Shown: positions 62,101-64,000 of the stretch, one piece after another
Position numbering within the stretch: the stretch's first letter is position 1
How the letters are laid out: each line of letters opens with the position of its first letter
Origin: Phoronis australis
Lineage: Eukaryota > Animalia > Phoronida
Assembly: GCA_002633005.1 (NCBI GenBank)
Contig: NMRA01000817.1
Span: forward strand, 23,518 to 87,517
DNA length: 64,000 nt
Direction of reading: 5' to 3'
The notes under the pieces: model-generated
Databases searched by the model: none
What the model was told of the DNA's origin: nothing
The model's input: the letters and a program-made list of their open reading frames with translations, nothing else
Translations under genes and position numbers: made by a program

Positions 62101-63507
62101 TCTGATCGTGTGCTCAAGAATTGGCCACCATTCAAACAATTTTAGAAATCTGTGTTCGCATCATGCGGCGTCCAAGTTCCGATTCTGATTCTGACTCTAT
62201 TTTTAAGTCAAAGCTTAGACCCCGGGCCCGGCAGATGACCTGCACTATTTCATAAATTATTATGATAGAGTTCTCCGGTATAAGTGGCCGAAATATTTTC
62301 CAAAATTTTCAGAAGACTTGTTCTGAAACTGATTTCTTTAACCCTTTCATCGATGTGTGGAATAAATATTTGCTTCATAGTTCAAAGTTAATGAAAACTT
62401 CTTTTACTTTGTTTGTGGTAGACGCCCTTAAATACAAAGGCGGATTGACGCGGACAGACAGCGCCATCAAGGAAATGCGTCAGATGCTGTCAAACGCCCG
62501 ACCGAACTGCCCCCTGGTTGGCATTGTCATAACTGATGGTCAGTCATATCACACGAACAAAACCACGAAGGAAGCCGCCTTGGCGAAACAAGAAGGAGTT
62601 CAGATGTTTGCTGTGGGTAAGCAGTTGGCAGGTGGCGCTGGAAACCATTACTCGGATAGATCAGGCTTGAACTTTAAAGTGCATATCATCATATTCAGCA
62701 GGCTTAAAATGTAAATCTAGTTAGGCCTTTTACTCTCTTAAAATTGGTCTCGTAATATTACTTACCGTGATTGGATTATTTTTCTGTTACCACAAGAACA
62801 TCGAAATGGTCAGTTACTCAAACACTGAGCGCTTTAGAGTTTTTTAGGGTTGGCCAATCCTAATTCTAAAAGGAGGCATGCAAGAATTGCGTGACCTTTT
62901 TGTGACTATGTCGGTACCTAGAATTATTTCCCCAACATGGACTGGTCGATTGAAATCTCTTCTGACTTGTGATTCGTCTTGAAAATGACGACATGTAACC
63001 TGGCAACCACTAAGCGGGGCTCCGGTTGTTATCGGCTTGACGAATAAGTTGGTGTCGCTGCAGGACTTAGCTTTCAGTGGTCACTTCAATGACCTATCCA
63101 TAAGGTAACGACAACACCTCTGTAACAGGTCACTAGAAACGTGTGTGTTTTGATGAAAGAGCTTCAACAAACTATACTGAAGTGTTGTCTGGGAGACAAT
63201 TCCTTTAACTCTGGTCAGTTTTGTGCGTTTTTATGCGTGCTTCATTGTTCTCGATTACCCAGTAGTGGAAAGGCGGCAGTGTAGCCTGTATCAACTCATT
63301 TGTGTTTGGTGAGTTTGCGTATTATTTCTTGCTGAAGTCGTCAGCGTTTCATTTTAAGTATTTCTTCCGTTATTACAGGTGTTGGTCAGAATATCGACAA
63401 AGAAGAATTAGTTGCTATTGCGTCCGATCCTAGTTTTGTTCACACCGTCTACTCGTATCACGCTCTCCACAAGGTAAAGAACGCTGTGACGTCGCAAACT
63501 TGCCTGA
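40969..63507 (+). CDS. IQCM: Multi-exon gene, 3' incomplete: low-complexity RPxSA-rich N-terminus + IQ motif/IQCM-like region + vWA domain
   Basis: Exons 40969-41103, 43229-43341, 45381-45963, 46816-47005, 47373-47472, 48201-48254 (weak donor), 49099-49203, 50412-50447, 52559-52630, 53798-53863, 54401-55498, 56400-56441, 56797-56841, 57158-57196, 58896-59010, 60582-60729, 61281-61418, 61822-62043, 62422-62616, 63379-63507. All GT-AG, phase-consistent and stop-free, 3625 nt in total. The IQCM name rests on recalled similarity and needs BLAST. Confidence 0.65.
43229..43341 (+). CDS. Exon 2 (KTPISLPRSPTP...NNTSARPT)
   Basis: ttttcag acceptor and AC|gtaagt donor. Splicing to 45381 creates an RPTSA motif across the junction. 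Confidence 0.75.
43308..43321. promoter_or_regulatory. RFX X-box match GTCGCCATGGTAAC within exon 2
   Basis: Fits GTNRCC-N2-RGYAAC. Function untested. Confidence 0.35.
45381..45963 (+). CDS. Exon 3, Ser/Lys-rich low-complexity region
   Basis: ttctttcag acceptor and AAG|gtaaaa donor. Contains the bulk of the 198-aa ORF 45403-45999. Confidence 0.85.
46816..47005 (+). CDS. Exon 4 (IKLSGYFHHQMPRHKR...DTYV)
   Basis: ttttcag acceptor and G|gtaagt donor. Open in the expected phase. Confidence 0.8.
47373..47472 (+). CDS. Exon 5 (EIHYNSYLPKGKWLEYKPKAFTYNHKHGDSYET)
   Basis: tttacag acceptor and AG|gtatgt donor. Converts phase 1 to phase 2, as the downstream exons require. Confidence 0.7.
47912..48064. 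mobile_element. MITE family B copy (5-bp TSD)
   Basis: CTGTGGCGGAT ... GTCTGCTCCTG with exact TSD GAACG/GAACG. Homologous to 23286-23411. Confidence 0.78.
49099..49203 (+). CDS. Exon 7 (IRTEYESDSEPDESFIWENQYQIWLFEKNGKKET)
   Basis: ttttccag acceptor and GC|gtaagt donor. 105 bp, phase 2-2. Confidence 0.75.
50172..50331. repeat. 39-bp minisatellite, 4 copies
   Basis: Unit GTTAATAATGACCCCGTGTCAGGTCCCTATTGGCTGTGA. Confidence 0.92.
51138..51387. mobile_element. MITE family A copy, inverted relative to 20064-20309
   Basis: Perfect 15-bp TIR CATGCGCGCACCCAG/CTGGGTGCGCGCATG. Flanks AATTA/ACTTA. Confidence 0.88.
51560..51785. repeat. ~40-bp minisatellite, about 6 copies
   Basis: Unit TAGTGTAGCGAGGCAGTGGTGCACTGTGTGTACGCAACAT. 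Confidence 0.92.
52728..52875. other. Assembly gap inside a poly-C tract
   Basis: N run flanked by C homopolymers. Confidence 0.98.
54401..55498 (+). CDS. Exon 11 (366 codons): 12-aa RPQSA repeats, KSVAW, Ser-rich region
   Basis: tttctag acceptor and AG|gtaagc donor. Open throughout in the frame of ORF 54708-55502. 36-bp coding repeat at 54441-54635. Confidence 0.88.
58896..59010 (+). CDS. IQ calmodulin-binding motif exon (KFNWMRIEKIKRRKAATCIQRYIRGWLVRTAFKNMIKK)
   Basis: tttttgtag acceptor and AAG|gtaact donor. Canonical IQxxxRGxxxR. Confidence 0.9.
60060..60407. mobile_element. Foldback-type element remnant with inward-facing short repeats
   Basis: TAGTCCGAA-like units at ~60095, 60138 and 60239 face TTCGGACTATAG-like units at ~60338, 60354 and 60387. 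Confidence 0.5.
60582..61418 (+). CDS. Two exons (60582-60729, 61281-61418) of the IQCM-like helical region (AFEEHHKTWWKFVEEYKALVARIQKRYG...KEYMQRKHNYEQVFDD...LPEFFRKCSLYPLEREIEESFKAVFN)
   Basis: GT-AG sites with phases 0-1 and 1-1. Pattern resembles the post-IQ region of vertebrate IQCM as recalled (..MDRK..YE.MF....LP.FF..C..FP....). Confidence 0.8.
61822..63507 (+). CDS. vWA domain in three phase-1 exons (61822-62043, 62422-62616, 63379-63507)
   Basis: C..RAEVVFMLDCSASVG (MIDAS DxSxS), VRIGVI, GGLTRT, IVITDG, MFAVGVG, ELVAIASDP and terminal TC. Matrilin/collagen VI/XII-type vWA. Confidence 0.93.
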
Positions 63508-64000
63508 GTAAGTGTTATTCCTGAAGTGTACCGAACGTTCAGTAGGTGCTACTCCACTGCGCCATAGGTATAAAGTTATGCGGGGGTGCCTGGGGCGCAG
63601 TGTAAAACTGGGTTCCTATCATGGTAGCTTAAGAAATTATACGTGTAACATCTCATGTTACTTTAAAGTCCTTCTTGCAAACTGCCCATGTGGTTCCAGT
63701 ATCCGAACAAACTTATTACATAAATTCTTATTTTCGACACCCTTTCTTTATATTTTTTCGCCTTTCTTGCCAAAAAGCGATTTTTTAACAGTATTTGACC
63801 CTTCTCTCTGAGCGTATGATTACCGGGTGTCATCGGTTATTTCCGTACCCACATTTCCGGCTCATCAGTTCAGGAACTTGTCCTGAACGCCGCCATTTTT
63901 TCCTTGTAACTGAATGTGCTATGGCTTGCTCGAAAAGTCTTCATTATTTTGTTTTATTAGTAATACATCGTGATTCGTTTGCATATGTAGTGTATTTATA

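Overview
Eukaryotic, intron-rich, AT-rich animal DNA, probably a marine invertebrate (inference). It is not prokaryotic, so most short ORFs in the supplied track are spurious. I reconstructed by hand, from GT-AG sites and phase continuity: (1) an HPRT gene on + with six coding exons at 1444-17585, whose first exon was not located; (2) an intronless 440-aa sulfotransferase-fold gene at 30168-31490; (3) a 20-exon + strand gene from 40969 to at least 63507 (at least 1208 codons, 3' end outside the window). Gene 3 has a long low-complexity N-terminus with 10 RPx[ST]A motifs and a KSVAW PP1-type docking motif, then an IQ motif and IQCM-like region, spliced in frame to a Cys-flanked, extracellular-type vWA domain. 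There is also a candidate 200-aa orphan ORF on the - strand. Introns and intergenic DNA hold many non-autonomous DNA transposons (six with 5-bp TSDs, one with 6-bp, one with TA), decayed LINE, THAP and ISL2EU/Harbinger-type remnants, several minisatellites and two N gaps. Most notable are the IQCM-like/vWA fusion, the kinase-site array abutting a PP1 motif, and tandem duplications of splice-acceptor junctions in two different genes. Family assignments come from motif recognition and memory, not database searches.
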